64,000 nucleotides of DNA, from contig QPMI01000709.1 of assembly GCA_004431415.1 (NCBI GenBank), positions 271,254-335,253 of the forward strand. Reading direction: 5' to 3'. Positions 20,361-31,565 of this stretch are shown here, in pieces (position 1 is the stretch's first letter; the number at the start of each line of letters is the position of its first letter). The notes under the pieces are model-generated. The model was given only the letters and a program-made list of their open reading frames with translations. It was not told where the DNA came from and searched no databases. Origin of the DNA: Cyanophora paradoxa CCMP329. Lineage: Eukaryota; Plantae; Glaucophyta. The translations under genes and the position numbers were made by a program.

Positions 20361-23300
20361 TTAGAGCCCAAATGGAATGCTGTGAATTCCATCGTCTAAT
20401 ATCTTCCTTTTGCTATCGAGTTGGTTTAGAGCCACCCTTCTGCTCTCCAAATCATATAGGTTGTGGTCTTGTCTTCGCTTGTTTACTACTGCTACTGTTT
20501 TGGTGATTCCTTCAAACAAGCATCTTTTGAAATCATCAAAGTGAACCTCTTTGGAGGAAGTCCCAGACATTTTTATTTTATCAAAGGTCTCAGTTCTGAA
20601 AGCATAGAGTTTCGATCTCAGACCTACATACTCCACAATCTTTGCATTGGGAAACTCGTTTTTATATTTACCTGGAATCAAGCGATTTCTCCTGTCATAG
20701 AGAGGGTGGGCAGTATCATAATTACTGCAATCCAGGTGTTCAGAAATTCGCTTCATCTCATTATTTAGATCATTTGTATGCAGCAGGAGACAGAAAGAAT
20801 CTGTATCATGGAATAGTAGCTCTGCTGTTTCCCAAGTTCTCCTCACCACATCATAAAAGAACCTGCTATTATGGAGTTTCGCGAAATCCAGCACAAAAGC
20901 ACCAATTGCAACAGGTTTATCTAAGTGAACATGCTTGGAATACATCTCAAAGGCAACAGCATTTTCGTTTAATACATTGGTTGCCTTGATGAGTGGACTT
21001 GCAGCATATTTCTTGCAGAGTTTCTCACTGTTAGCAATCTTAACCACAGAGCGACCCCTGCATGATTCGAGGCATTTACCATAGATTGCATTGTTCATTA
21101 ATTTAAAGAAGTCACTCTCGAATCTGGACATAGATTGGCGCCTCAGTTTCGTATTTAGATCAATATAACTCTTCATAAATGCAGAGGTTGCAAATGAGAG
21201 AACCCTGTGAACCTTCGTGATTATAATACCTTTGCTCACAAGATAGACCAAGAGAGGTTGGGAGATCACATAGTTGTTTTTGGGTGTGAATGTTGCTGTG
21301 AGTTTGGGGTCTTTGCTTATCTTCTCACCTGTGATATCCAGTAGTTTTCGTTGATACTCACCCAGCATTTCGGTGGTGACATGTTCTTTATTAACTACAA
21401 GTGGAAAATCATAATGATCTGTGAGAGTGTGTGGGTATTCCAGGTCTACTTCAATAAAGGCACTTCGTCCTGGGGTCTCTTTAAGTGCCTCTGAGACATC
21501 TTCCCATCGAAAATCTCCAATGGGCAGTTCTTGACTGAGAGCAAAACCATACAGATTATTTGCATCCAAGAGAACTATATGGTCATCTGGGTTTTCCACC
21601 TTTGCATATCGAGTAGGCATTGTAGCAAACCCACCTCGAATTGCCCTCTCAATAAATTCGTATTGCCCTACATCACTGATCTGCTCAATCTTTGCTCTGG
21701 TGTAAATGAGCATTGCATCCCAGGATAATCCAGGAGCCGAAACATAGTGGGCAGGATCCAATCCATATTGGGAAAACGCCAATTCTCGGAATGTCTGGAA
21801 TTTACCCATTAGATCACTTGCATCCACTGCCTGGAAGTCCATGAAGTGCGAAGCATCTATGAATTTCCACATGCCCCATTGCAGGGAGAGGTATTGGTCG
21901 AAATTTTTGCTCAGAATCTCAACACGAAGTTTATCATCTTGCTGTGCAATTTTGCGGAATATTTCGTGTCCACATTCATCCATGTGATCCACCACAATTG
22001 CTACTTTGGTTTGCTTTGAGATTCTCCTGTGGAGGTTGCAGTTTCGGCATGCTTTTCCAATAAAAGCTCCTGATTGATGACAATGGTCTCTCACTGGGAA
22101 ATTCTCATGGGTAAATCGTTCAGCACAGATATAACAGTGTTTAGTGATCTTGTATTGTGCTTTCTGCTCCTCTGTGAGTGGATGCATGGGAATATTGGTG
22201 AATAGAGTGCGAATTACTTGGGGTCTGATCTCTGTGAGAGTGGTAAACAGAGCACCAAGGGGATCTGATCCATCAAAATAATGAGAGATCACCTCATCCC
22301 CCATCACAACTGTTAGAGAAACCGATTTTACCTCTCTCTTACTGCGGTTCTCATCAATTGGAACCGAGTGACTATCCATTTTCACATAGCAGATAGCGGG
22401 AAGCCACACAGTTTTGCGAAGGTGTTGCAGACCAAATGCAATGTGACTTCCAGATTTCGGGCATTTACCTTTGCTCTCCCTCCAATCAATGCAGCGATTC
22501 GCTTCTATATGTACATCCAGCTTCTCCTGAGTTCTGAAACGAGACAGACAGGTCTCACAGTAATAAATGCGACCATCATGGGCTTTATCAAAGGTGGTTT
22601 TCAGAAGTCTACTCAGAGACATGATGGTGATATAATGCCCTCTATCATCCTCTTCGTTTTCGATTAATAAAAGGTTAATCTTGGTCTTTCTCCTGGGGTT
22701 GCTGGATTGGTGGAGAGGATAGAAACACTGTGCAGTATTATCTGCCCATAAATGTTGATACTCAGTTCAGGGTTCTGCTCCTCAAATCGATCAATCACCT
22801 CTGCATCACAGGCAACTGGAAATTGGATGCCCTCGAAATTGAGTTCGTTCAACCATCTTCTATACTGGCTGGGTTCATTGCTCTTGTGTTTATTAATATC
22901 ATTTCGGTGCAGGTAAGCCAAGATTGCATACTTGAAGCAGTCTTGACCATCAATATTCTTCACATTCACAGTTGCTCTCTTTAATCCAATCCACTCAGGT
23001 GTTGAGAAGAAGCAACCACCCACAGGAGCATAGGACATTATTACTACTCTGAGCATCTCAATGCGATCCAGTCTGTAACTGTCAACTTGCATCATCTGCT
23101 CCTGCATGGATTGAAGGGCATTTCGCAGTTCAACATCAATATTTCGTGATCTTGTGATGACAAAGTAATCACTGTAAATGAATTTGGTGATCCACACCCT
23201 TGGATCACTCACTTTGGTGAATTTACAAATGAAGGTCAACCGAGTCTTAATTGCTCTCAGGTCTTGGAGTTTCTGTCTGAGTCTCTGAGGTAGAGTGGGT

Positions 23301-23641
23301 GCAATTCTCTCCAAGAATTCAATCCCATCTTGGATAACCTCCCCTCTTGCTCGATAGGTTAACCAAGAATATGCTTTGTTCATTGCTTCCCCATCCTCAA
23401 TCTCGGGTTCAATTGTTCCCAACCTTAAACCTTCATCCCTGAATTCCTCCATTTTCTCAAAACGATCATAGAGGCGATTTGTAATTTCTGTGAGTTGAGA
23501 TAACCTTGGTCTCCTATCCAAGATTGCTGCCTGGCGATCATATTCGAATTCTGTAATATCACCAGTAACTAAAAGGGTTCCTAAAAGACCGAGTATTTCG
23601 TTTTTCTTCTCTTTGATGATTCTATTGGATTGGCGGGGCAT
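20361..23641 (-). CDS. polB: Protein-primed family B DNA polymerase (pPolB); one frameshift at ~22745
   Basis: Motif A DANNLYG, motif B KLMNNAIYGK, motif C DTDS, and KLY. Also LDPAHY..APGLSWDAML, an endonuclease VII-like VRDHCH..G..C..CN insert, and the N-terminal CF.YAIL / LNF.GI.FP / INLLLI..HY Polinton region. Confidence 0.93.
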
Positions 23642-23697
23642 CTTTTACTTTAAGGGAACATATTATTTTTGGGCATTTTAAACGCATTTCCCATTTT

Positions 23698-23889
23698 TCA
23701 GGTTCTGATAATTCGCACATTCGTGCCTTTGGGGACATATACATTTACTGTGTCGAGTCTGCTTGCATAAACACGCTTCTTTTGATAGGGTCTACCGTTA
23801 ATTGCTTTGATCTTTGCAATATAATCCGCCACCTCTGCAATATCATTCTTTTCGACAAGCTGCCGCCGAATTTCATCGAAATAATCCAT
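23698..23889 (-). CDS. Small basic hypothetical viral protein
   Basis: 63-aa ORF with AAAATTGA on the minus strand at 23938-23945. Confidence 0.5.
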   Translation of the reverse strand: MDYFDEIRRQLVEKNDIAEVADYIAKIKAINGRPYQKKRVYASRLDTVNVYVPKGTNVRIIRT

Positions 23890-24032
23890 TTTCTGTCTTA
23901 GTCAAGTGAAACACGCAACGATCCCTTAAATCGCCAGTCAATTTTTGTCACAACACACCGATTTCCGATACGTTTTGATATCCTTCGATTATTCTTCGGA
24001 AAAGTGATCGACCCACAGGGGGGAGTCTGTGG

Positions 24033-24180
24033 TTAATTGGGTGTGACGGGTGTGACAGGTGTGACACCTATTTTCAAACTTTTTAAACTTTTTAAAAATC
24101 CTCAGACTCCTGAAAACACCTGTCACACCTGTCACACCCGTCACAGTCAATTAAAATACCTGTCACACCTGTCACACAAA
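24033..24180. repeat. Internal copy of the TGTGAC(A/G)GG iteron-like cassette, candidate replication origin
   Basis: Three units, an AT-rich spacer (TATTTTCAAACTTTTTAAA), then inverted units; closely similar to the TIR cassettes; ~60 bp past the helicase stop codon. Confidence 0.75.
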
Positions 24181-24243
24181 CCATTTACAGTAAGGGTTTT
24201 AAAAAATTAGAAATTCACAGTATAAGTATTGATTCCGTTTTAT

Positions 24244-26607
24244 TTACTCATCCCCAACCTCCTCATCACTGTCATCCATCAATCTGCGACCATGCTTCTT
24301 TATGATCCCAAAGTAACCACGGCAAAGTACACCATTCACTCGTTTTCTGTCAGAGTTCACATTAAAGACTTCGCGAAGTCTCTTCATAATGGTGCAATCT
24401 GAGATTTTCTCATCAGATTTGCCCATGTGGTCTCTCTTGAAGTCACTCATGATGGACTCACTTGTAGTGAAATCGCCTTGACTCTTGGTGAGTTCATAAT
24501 TCTCTCGAATCCACTCTCCAATCTTGTCATTCTCATTGAAATACTCCATACCTTGATCAACAATGGACTGGGGAGGTTTGGTGACGAATGTATTGAGAGA
24601 ATGGGTTCTCCACATTTCCAGGAGAATGGACATATGCGCCATTTTATAATCGTCATCATTCTTCATTAGGCGCATTAGAGTGGTGTCTGCTTTCTTCTCA
24701 CCAGGCTGAGGATCGACCTTGAAGACATTTTCGAATCGGTAGTAGATAATTCGCCTTTGGATTGCTGCATCTGGTTTACTGATTCCCAGGTTGTCATTTG
24801 TGGACAAGAACAACTGGAACATGGGAATGAATGTAACAAGATCTTTGAAAAGAGCTCGAACCTTCATCTCATTCCCACCAGTAACCTGTTTGATTTTGTT
24901 CAGTTGAAGCATATCACCATCTTCTGCTTCATTACTGAAAACAATTCGTTTACCAAGAATGCAAGCGAGTTCTGGGGAAGCCTCTGACGAACTCTTCTTG
25001 GGTTTAGTCCAATATGTCATGTCCAGTGACCCATAATACTCACCAAATGTGTCTTTCACCAACTCTTGGAGCAGTGATTTCCCATTTGCTCCAATTCCAG
25101 TCCAGCAAGTGTATCTCTGATTTTCTGTCAAACCACTCAGGGCATAGGCGATTAATCCCAGCATGAATTCGCGGTCTGTATCCGATTCAATAATATCTGC
25201 ATAGATGGATTTAATCTTTGCAACCTTCTCTTGGTCAATTTCTGTGGTGTAATCGTAGCCAACAGTCTTACTCACCATATCATATGGGAGTCCCTGTCGA
25301 AAAGTCATGGAGTTCAAGTCAAATACACCATTTGTGAACCCAATGATGTTGGGAACAGTATCAAGTCTCTCGAAAAAGGTCTTGTCACTGAACAGAACTG
25401 AAAGATCAGACATAAGTGCAGTTCTGTATGTAGTCTGTTTGAGGCTCTTAGCAATTCCCAGCAGAATCTTTGACCTTTCCTCCAAGGAATTGCGGTTCTC
25501 TTCATCACGAAGAGCTCTCTGTGCGAGTTGAACAGAACGTTGAAGATAAACTGGACAGACCTTGCAGCTCAAACAGAGAAAGATTCGCTTCCCAGTTTCA
25601 TCCATCTCCCAAATCCCACATACATCATTGAACTTGAACCAGGTCTTGTTGGAATACTTGTATTTGTCTTGCAGAACAAGATAGGCAACCTGTGCAACAT
25701 CATAATGGGCACCATCAGATCCAGCAGACCGATCAATCAGATTTTCGATATTCGCATCTGTCTCTTCCTTCACACGAATTGTGATAAGTCGCTTCTTGCA
25801 GTTTGCACTGTAACTCGAAACAATGTACTTGTCTTTCTCCTTTCCTTGAATAATATACCAATTGTTCGAGTCATGGCTTCCCTTGCAGCAGGGACAGATC
25901 AGACCTTTGTTCTCAGCAGTGAAATTGTATCCCATCTTGGTCTCATTGATGATTGTGGGCAAGATGAAATCGAATTCTTCCAGTTTAGCAAGAATATGTT
26001 TCTGCAAATTCTCCTCAGCGCACCTTGCATAATAAGAATGTGCACCTTTGGGGAATTCGTAGTTTTCAACAATCCACTTTTGCAACTCAGCAGTGGGTTC
26101 ATTTAACTCACACTCAGATGCCCATGGCTCTCTGATCCATGTTTTGTTGGGACTGGGACAAACATTAATTACCCCAGCAGTCCCAGTGGATGCAATCGTT
26201 TTGCAGTCGATCTTGGGGTTTCCTTTGAATGCACCTGCTTTATCCCAGATCTTAATGGTGTCGAATTCAGCAGGTCGAGCGAAGAATGCATGATATCCTT
26301 TTTTGGTTTTAGCAAGAGGATTAACACCACCGAAATCATCAGGGAATTGCTCCTCGAATTTGGCGAAATCCTCCTCTTGGTCGAAGTCAATTACCAGGAT
26401 ATTACGAGCGAGAATGCCCCAAGCAGTATATTTACCGGATTTCAGGGCTTCATCGAATTTATCCCAAGACCAGGTTCCGTCTTTATGAGCGAAAAGTGGC
26501 TTTTTGGTATCAGGATCAACAGGAATAACGATATTCTCAGACAGGACATCGTCTTCACGAAGCCATTCAACAAGGCGTTTCAGGGATTTCTTGGCGGCAG
26601 CGTTCAT
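24244..26607 (-). CDS. Primase-polymerase (Prim-Pol) + Zn finger + D5-like SF3 helicase fusion
   Basis: VIDFD and T.KGYH.FF primase motifs, CPCC..SH...C, D5_N-like IGFTNGVFDL, Walker A GIGANGKS, Walker B FSNE, motif C LSTN and arginine finger RRI. Confidence 0.9.
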   Translation of the reverse strand: MNAAAKKSLKRLVEWLREDDVLSENIVIPVDPDTKKPLFAHKDGTWSWDKFDEALKSGKYTAWGILARNILVIDFDQEEDFAKFEEQFPDDFGGVNPLAKTKKGYHAFFARPAEFDTIKIWDKAGAFKGNPKIDCKTIASTGTAGVINVCPSPNKTWIREPWASECELNEPTAELQKWIVENYEFPKGAHSYYARCAEENLQKHILAKLEEFDFILPTIINETKMGYNFTAENKGLICPCCKGSHDSNNWYIIQGKEKDKYIVSSYSANCKKRLITIRVKEETDANIENLIDRSAGSDGAHYDVAQVAYLVLQDKYKYSNKTWFKFNDVCGIWEMDETGKRIFLCLSCKVCPVYLQRSVQLAQRALRDEENRNSLEERSKILLGIAKSLKQTTYRTALMSDLSVLFSDKTFFERLDTVPNIIGFTNGVFDLNSMTFRQGLPYDMVSKTVGYDYTTEIDQEKVAKIKSIYADIIESDTDREFMLGLIAYALSGLTENQRYTCWTGIGANGKSLLQELVKDTFGEYYGSLDMTYWTKPKKSSSEASPELACILGKRIVFSNEAEDGDMLQLNKIKQVTGGNEMKVRALFKDLVTFIPMFQLFLSTNDNLGISKPDAAIQRRIIYYRFENVFKVDPQPGEKKADTTLMRLMKNDDDYKMAHMSILLEMWRTHSLNTFVTKPPQSIVDQGMEYFNENDKIGEWIRENYELTKSQGDFTTSESIMSDFKRDHMGKSDEKISDCTIMKRLREVFNVNSDRKRVNGVLCRGYFGIIKKHGRRLMDDSDEEVGDE

Positions 26608-26801
26608 TTCGAAAATCGGGGGCTTCTTATACTTAATGGAGAAATTAATTTCTCCGGATCCTTGTCATTTTTTGGCGCCTAACCTTTAAATACCTTTGGG
26701 TTTTCCGATTGGCGCTCGATACATGGTAATGATCCATCGAAAAGGCGATTGATCATGGTAACAAAAAGGATTCAGCGGATATCTGGGACTTTGGGGGCGG
26801 T

Positions 26802-27029
26802 TCAGTATTTCCTGGGACGACCTACTGGGCGTTTTACTGGATTATTTGGATCCATCTCAGCAGCTTTCCTGCGATAATATCGTTCCAGTGCCTTTTTACG
26901 ATATAATTCTCGAAACTCCTCATCTTGATAGCGTTTCTGGAAGTACAAGCGGTCATACAACCTTTTCTTTTCATTGGGATCCATTTCGCTCATTGCAAGT
27001 TCGAATTCGACCACAGATTCAGTTTCCAT
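26802..27029 (-). CDS. Small DNA-binding protein with an AT-hook
   Basis: Basic/Tyr-rich helix and C-terminal KRPVGRPRKY. Confidence 0.65.
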   Translation of the reverse strand: METESVVEFELAMSEMDPNEKKRLYDRLYFQKRYQDEEFRELYRKKALERYYRRKAAEMDPNNPVKRPVGRPRKY

Positions 27030-27230
27030 TTGATATGTTCCTTATATTGGGACGAGAAAATAATTTGTCCGGGTTCACCAATCAAACACACCTTACCCTT
27101 AAATCCCTTGTCATTTTTTGCAGATCGAGACCAGTTCCTGTCTACGCTTTTTTATTGCGGCTTCTGTTGCATATTCAGCGGATTTCCTGTCCAGGATAGC
27201 ATAGATCTCAGAGAGACTGAGCATTCGATA

Positions 27231-27464
27231 TTAATTGCCGAGATTTAATTTTGGATCTGTGAAAGATACAGAGCGTCGCCTCACAGTCTCTGTTTTAATA
27301 TGCTCCTCGAAATCAACCGAGTCTGTGGATAATCGCCTACCGCCAGATCCATGACTTTCAGTGTCAGAGAATTCGATTTCGACTTTTGTATCACAGCAGC
27401 CACTGTGACAATTGCTCACAATGTGGAGATTAAACATCTCTATGATTTTTCGCAAGAAATCCAT
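27231..27464 (-). CDS. Small Cys-cluster hypothetical protein
   Basis: 77 aa with an S.C.S.CC motif; co-oriented within the viral gene block. Confidence 0.5.
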   Translation of the reverse strand: MDFLRKIIEMFNLHIVSNCHSGCCDTKVEIEFSDTESHGSGGRRLSTDSVDFEEHIKTETVRRRSVSFTDPKLNLGN

Positions 27465-27491
27465 GATGCTCTCTCTCTTAATGCGAGATAA

Positions 27492-28226
27492 TTAAAGCCA
27501 TACTCGTCGTTTATATACTGTGGGGGCAACACCTTTATCGACCTCTGATTTGGTAGCACCAGGTTCAATGGTGCCCTTTTGGGTTTTGGTCTTCATCTCA
27601 TCAACTGCCTGCTCATCAATTTGAGTCTCTTTCTTACCAATGAATTGCTTATCTGGGAGACCAGTGATTCCCATTCTATACACCTCCTTTCGCAGCATCT
27701 CCTTTAATTTCGCTCTCTCTTTCTTCTCAGAGACATACTGTTCAAGAGCACTGGATTTCGCTTCCAGATCTTTAAGTTTCGCAGTCATTTCGTCCCATTG
27801 GGCTTTGGGAATTCGGTGGATATTCTGTGTAGGTGCGACCTTGTAGGTGACCTCACCAGCCATGGACTGAATTACCTTGTCTGATTCTTTGGAGACACCT
27901 TCACCTTTGCGAGCAAGTGAGAGATCTTGCAGACCAAGTCCTTTATCATCAGCAGCACCAATAATTCGACGAGCACCTTCACCAACTGCCTTCATCTTTG
28001 TGGCTTCGGGCGAAATATTCAATTGATCACTGGTGGATGCCTGGGGCGCTTTATCATCGGGAGATTCTTCATAAGCAGCATTGAGGGGATCTTCTTGTTG
28101 CTGTGATGCTTTAACTTCATTGACAACATTGAATTTCATGGGCTCTGTGTTAATAGAACCGGTTCCAGAGGATGCAGAATATGACATAGCACCAGCAGGA
28201 ACACCAACTTTGCGTTTGGAAGGCAT
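27492..28226 (-). CDS. Hypothetical hydrophilic coiled-coil protein (possible core protein)
   Basis: 244-aa ORF just downstream of the packaging ATPase; Lys/Glu-rich with basic termini. Confidence 0.55.
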   Translation of the reverse strand: MPSKRKVGVPAGAMSYSASSGTGSINTEPMKFNVVNEVKASQQQEDPLNAAYEESPDDKAPQASTSDQLNISPEATKMKAVGEGARRIIGAADDKGLGLQDLSLARKGEGVSKESDKVIQSMAGEVTYKVAPTQNIHRIPKAQWDEMTAKLKDLEAKSSALEQYVSEKKERAKLKEMLRKEVYRMGITGLPDKQFIGKKETQIDEQAVDEMKTKTQKGTIEPGATKSEVDKGVAPTVYKRRVWL

Positions 28227-28277
28227 TGTATATTTATTAGAAGCAGAGATTATTTTACAAACCTCTCTTATATCGCA

Positions 28278-29036
28278 TCAGTTTATTCGAATGAACACCA
28301 CTCTTGACCTCTTTGGGGCTTCCTCTTTCTGTGGAGGTGGTAGTTCGTCCTCTTTCTTTTTGGGCTTCCTGTGGAACCGAGGAAATGGGAAATCTTTGAC
28401 CAGATCCGCTTTATCAACATAATAGTTCACCGAATAATTCGCAGAAGACCACACAATATATTGGTAGGAGTGTACATACTCCTCAAACATCTTATAGAAA
28501 TCGTCCTTGTTTCGCATGATATTGTACTCCTCTTCAATGGCTTCGAGTTCTTTGCGATTTGCAGCACTCAGGAACACAGCATAATCCGAATTTACTCGAA
28601 TTGTTGAAGAAACCTTACGCAATTTCTGAGTTATGCAGAAAATTGTAATCGAGGAATGGCGGCCGCGCGAATACAGAGAGCCAATAATTTTATCACGAGT
28701 AAGGTCTACAATCTCATTATCTATTAAATCATCAAGGACAATACACAATTGGTTAACTGGCTCGCCCTTTTCTATTTTCTCTTGCCTTTCATCCAGTAAT
28801 TTGGAAATGTAAGCAGCATCCCATTTTCCCAGTTGCAGTGTTGCGACATCATCCCAAAAATGATTGAAACTCGTCCCACTTATAACAAGAACAACATCTA
28901 ATTTTTTCGCATCATGCAGCTGTTTCAACCAATATTTCACACATTCTGACTTGCCTGTTGCAGACTTTCCTATGAAAAGAGCACGAAATGGTGGGTTAAT
29001 CATTTCACCTGCATTAAACTCCTCTAAGTCGTTCAT
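28278..29036 (-). CDS. A32-like (FtsK/HerA) genome-packaging ATPase
   Basis: Walker A GKSATGKS, Walker B IVLDD, RGRH..I......Q and IR.NSDY. Confidence 0.92.
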   Translation of the reverse strand: MNDLEEFNAGEMINPPFRALFIGKSATGKSECVKYWLKQLHDAKKLDVVLVISGTSFNHFWDDVATLQLGKWDAAYISKLLDERQEKIEKGEPVNQLCIVLDDLIDNEIVDLTRDKIIGSLYSRGRHSSITIFCITQKLRKVSSTIRVNSDYAVFLSAANRKELEAIEEEYNIMRNKDDFYKMFEEYVHSYQYIVWSSANYSVNYYVDKADLVKDFPFPRFHRKPKKKEDELPPPQKEEAPKRSRVVFIRIN

Positions 29037-29098
29037 GGCTTTGTAGATCTTTCTTATTAAAGATAGATAAAAATAACGAAACGTTACTGATCATGGTT

Positions 29099-30472
29099 TT
29101 AGAGATTGATTCGCCTTAAACCATCTTTGTCAACAATAATGAAACTGTGCATGAGAGCACGAACATTAACTGTGATTGTCTGGTCAGAAGGCATGTATAG
29201 AGTAAGGAAAGAAGAGGAGGAGTTCGTGAGATCAACATAGCCAGACTGGGCAATGTTGCGAATCGCTTTCTCTCCATCAACACAGAATGGTAGACCACTG
29301 AGGACATATTTGTCTGCAACCTTGTCCATATTCGAGCACTTGAAGGCATCCGCAATTAATTCGGCACCTTTGAGGAGAGGAATTGGCTCAGTAGCATAGA
29401 GACGTTGACCATTAATTTCAACAGTGAAAGTAATGTCTTTTGAGTTAGCATGCGTTTTTAGGACACTGTGGGAACCATTGAAACCATCAATACCTGCGGC
29501 ATCACGAACTGAAACAAGAAGACCATAGACAAGACCAGAGATCTGTGACAGGTTAATACGATTTGGTTGAGCATTGCCTTTTGCAGCAAAATTGACACTG
29601 TCAACAAAACCAATATCCAGAGCAGGAATAGCCATACCAGTGGTCTTCACCTTCTCAATGACAGTAGCAAACAGTTCATCAGAAACATTAATAGCATGCA
29701 TGTAAAGACGAGGAGAAGTGACTTTAATTTCGGGGGTTGTTGTTGCACCAATTCCAAAAGTGGTGATTTGTTGACCAACATGGGCAAGAGTAGCATTAGC
29801 AGTAGCACCAAGTCCATCATCCTCTGTCTTATCAGCAGCTGTTCCACCAACAACAGGAAGAGCACGACCACCATAAGAAGTCTCAACATAACCCTTTCCA
29901 GCATCCTTGAACCAGACAGTTACCACCATTTCTCCTGAGAGAGCACCAAGAGGTAGGTAGTGGTTTAGCCATGGGACTGGGATTTCAGTGAAAAATGACC
30001 CACCAAGTCGGTTGGTTCCATGGGCAGGGATACCATGAACCATTCCCATTGAACGCTTCTTCTTGGCGAGTTGATCCTCACTGTAATAGATAAGAGGGAA
30101 ATGAGCAAGGAAATCAGAAGGCACATGGAAGGTGTAAGATCCATAGGTAATTTCAAGTCGAGAGACAAGAGCACCAACTGGGCGAACGTATCCATTGCGA
30201 ACAAGGTCGGTATCACCAGCAAAAGTGACAGCTGGAAGGTCAAACGCAAGTTCGAGTTTTCCACAGAAATTGTAGCGAGGGAGCTTGAAAGAAATGCGAT
30301 TTCCAGCATTATTCTCGAAAGTGTTGCTTGGGTTCACAACAACAAGAACTGGCTTCGACTTGGATTCAAGACCAAGCATGAGAGAGTTGTCCAAGAAGAA
30401 CGCCTTGGCTTCTTCCGGGGTTGTTAGAGCTTCTTTCAGAGAAAGACGTTGGAGGGTCGAAGTAATATCCAT
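29099..30472 (-). CDS. Double-jelly-roll major capsid protein (PLV-type)
   Basis: ~457 aa, beta-rich, with G..ISFKLPR....G.L.L.F.LP N-terminal pattern; lies between the ATPase and a penton. Likely start is MDITS. Confidence 0.75.
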   Translation of the reverse strand: MDITSTLQRLSLKEALTTPEEAKAFFLDNSLMLGLESKSKPVLVVVNPSNTFENNAGNRISFKLPRYNFCGKLELAFDLPAVTFAGDTDLVRNGYVRPVGALVSRLEITYGSYTFHVPSDFLAHFPLIYYSEDQLAKKKRSMGMVHGIPAHGTNRLGGSFFTEIPVPWLNHYLPLGALSGEMVVTVWFKDAGKGYVETSYGGRALPVVGGTAADKTEDDGLGATANATLAHVGQQITTFGIGATTTPEIKVTSPRLYMHAINVSDELFATVIEKVKTTGMAIPALDIGFVDSVNFAAKGNAQPNRINLSQISGLVYGLLVSVRDAAGIDGFNGSHSVLKTHANSKDITFTVEINGQRLYATEPIPLLKGAELIADAFKCSNMDKVADKYVLSGLPFCVDGEKAIRNIAQSGYVDLTNSSSSFLTLYMPSDQTITVNVRALMHSFIIVDKDGLRRINL

Positions 30473-30526
30473 GATTATCTCTTTTATTATACTGCAACAT
30501 AAAAAATTCACCAATGATCCTTGATT

Positions 30527-31537
30527 TTACGCAAAATTCGCAATAACCGGATAAGATGGATGTGTTTCCGCCATTCTCCTCTTGAAGTATTCGTACACAG
30601 GATCACCAGCAGGTTCATCACCATATCGAATTTCGAAGGTGAGGTGGACAGGTTGACCCTCGAAATCAATTGGTTCATTAACTGCATTCACAATATCAAC
30701 CGAAAATGTGGAAAGTCCCAGATTCTTGTTATAGTATTTATAAATCGGATGGGCTTCTGTCGAATTATAAACGACATGCTCACCATAATCTTTATCTGGA
30801 ACAACGATTTTGTGGAAATATCCAGTGAGGAGACCATCACCACATTGAACCAGATCACCCAACTCCTTTACTCTCACAAACAGAACACTATCCCTGGTCT
30901 TTTCAGGTTCAAATGAAGATATGATACCATGCACCATCGACCCAGTAAAGATACCATCAGTCAGAGTATTATAAACTTGTGATTGGATTGGGGTGTTACC
31001 ATATCTCCCAGGATCAAGACCAAGCAGTCGAGCAGAACTCAAAAACCTCTGAATCTGCGCCTGGGTTGGGTTTATTGCAGTTGAGAAAGCCAGGTAAAAC
31101 GGTATGGTGGAATGGAATATTACTCGTTTCAGTGTATCATCCCATTTACAGCGAATTGCTACTGGTGGCTCTCTCAATGCAAGTTTGGAGTTAATTACAT
31201 TCACCAGTTGTTGGTGGTTTTGAATGGGTGTGCTGCGACTTATCACAATGTGCTTCCATTGCTCATAATCGGCAGCAGGTCGATCAGTTGGAATACCAGT
31301 GCTTCCTGCACCAGAATAATATTCAGACCAATAAAGGTAGATTGCATTATCTATTGTCACATCTCCTACTTTGGTTTCACCACTCACCATGGGAATGCTG
31401 TTATAGAATTCTGCTGAAACCAGTCTTACTGCTCTCACAAATTCATAGGTGCTTGGGAGGCGAGCAATAAAACTCGAAGTTGGTCCATCTCCCGAAATTG
31501 TATTGAAAGAGCTCACTTCGATGTAATCCACAGGCAT
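30527..31537 (-). CDS. Minor capsid protein (penton) 1
   Basis: I.V.S.......S.F...LP......V..V.L.SAE..NS at the N-terminus and IDFEG.....TFEI at the C-terminus. Confidence 0.75.
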   Translation of the reverse strand: MPVDYIEVSSFNTISGDGPTSSFIARLPSTYEFVRAVRLVSAEFYNSIPMVSGETKVGDVTIDNAIYLYWSEYYSGAGSTGIPTDRPAADYEQWKHIVISRSTPIQNHQQLVNVINSKLALREPPVAIRCKWDDTLKRVIFHSTIPFYLAFSTAINPTQAQIQRFLSSARLLGLDPGRYGNTPIQSQVYNTLTDGIFTGSMVHGIISSFEPEKTRDSVLFVRVKELGDLVQCGDGLLTGYFHKIVVPDKDYGEHVVYNSTEAHPIYKYYNKNLGLSTFSVDIVNAVNEPIDFEGQPVHLTFEIRYGDEPAGDPVYEYFKRRMAETHPSYPVIANFA

Positions 31538-31565
31538 CTTCTTTTATCTATAAACATATATTAAA

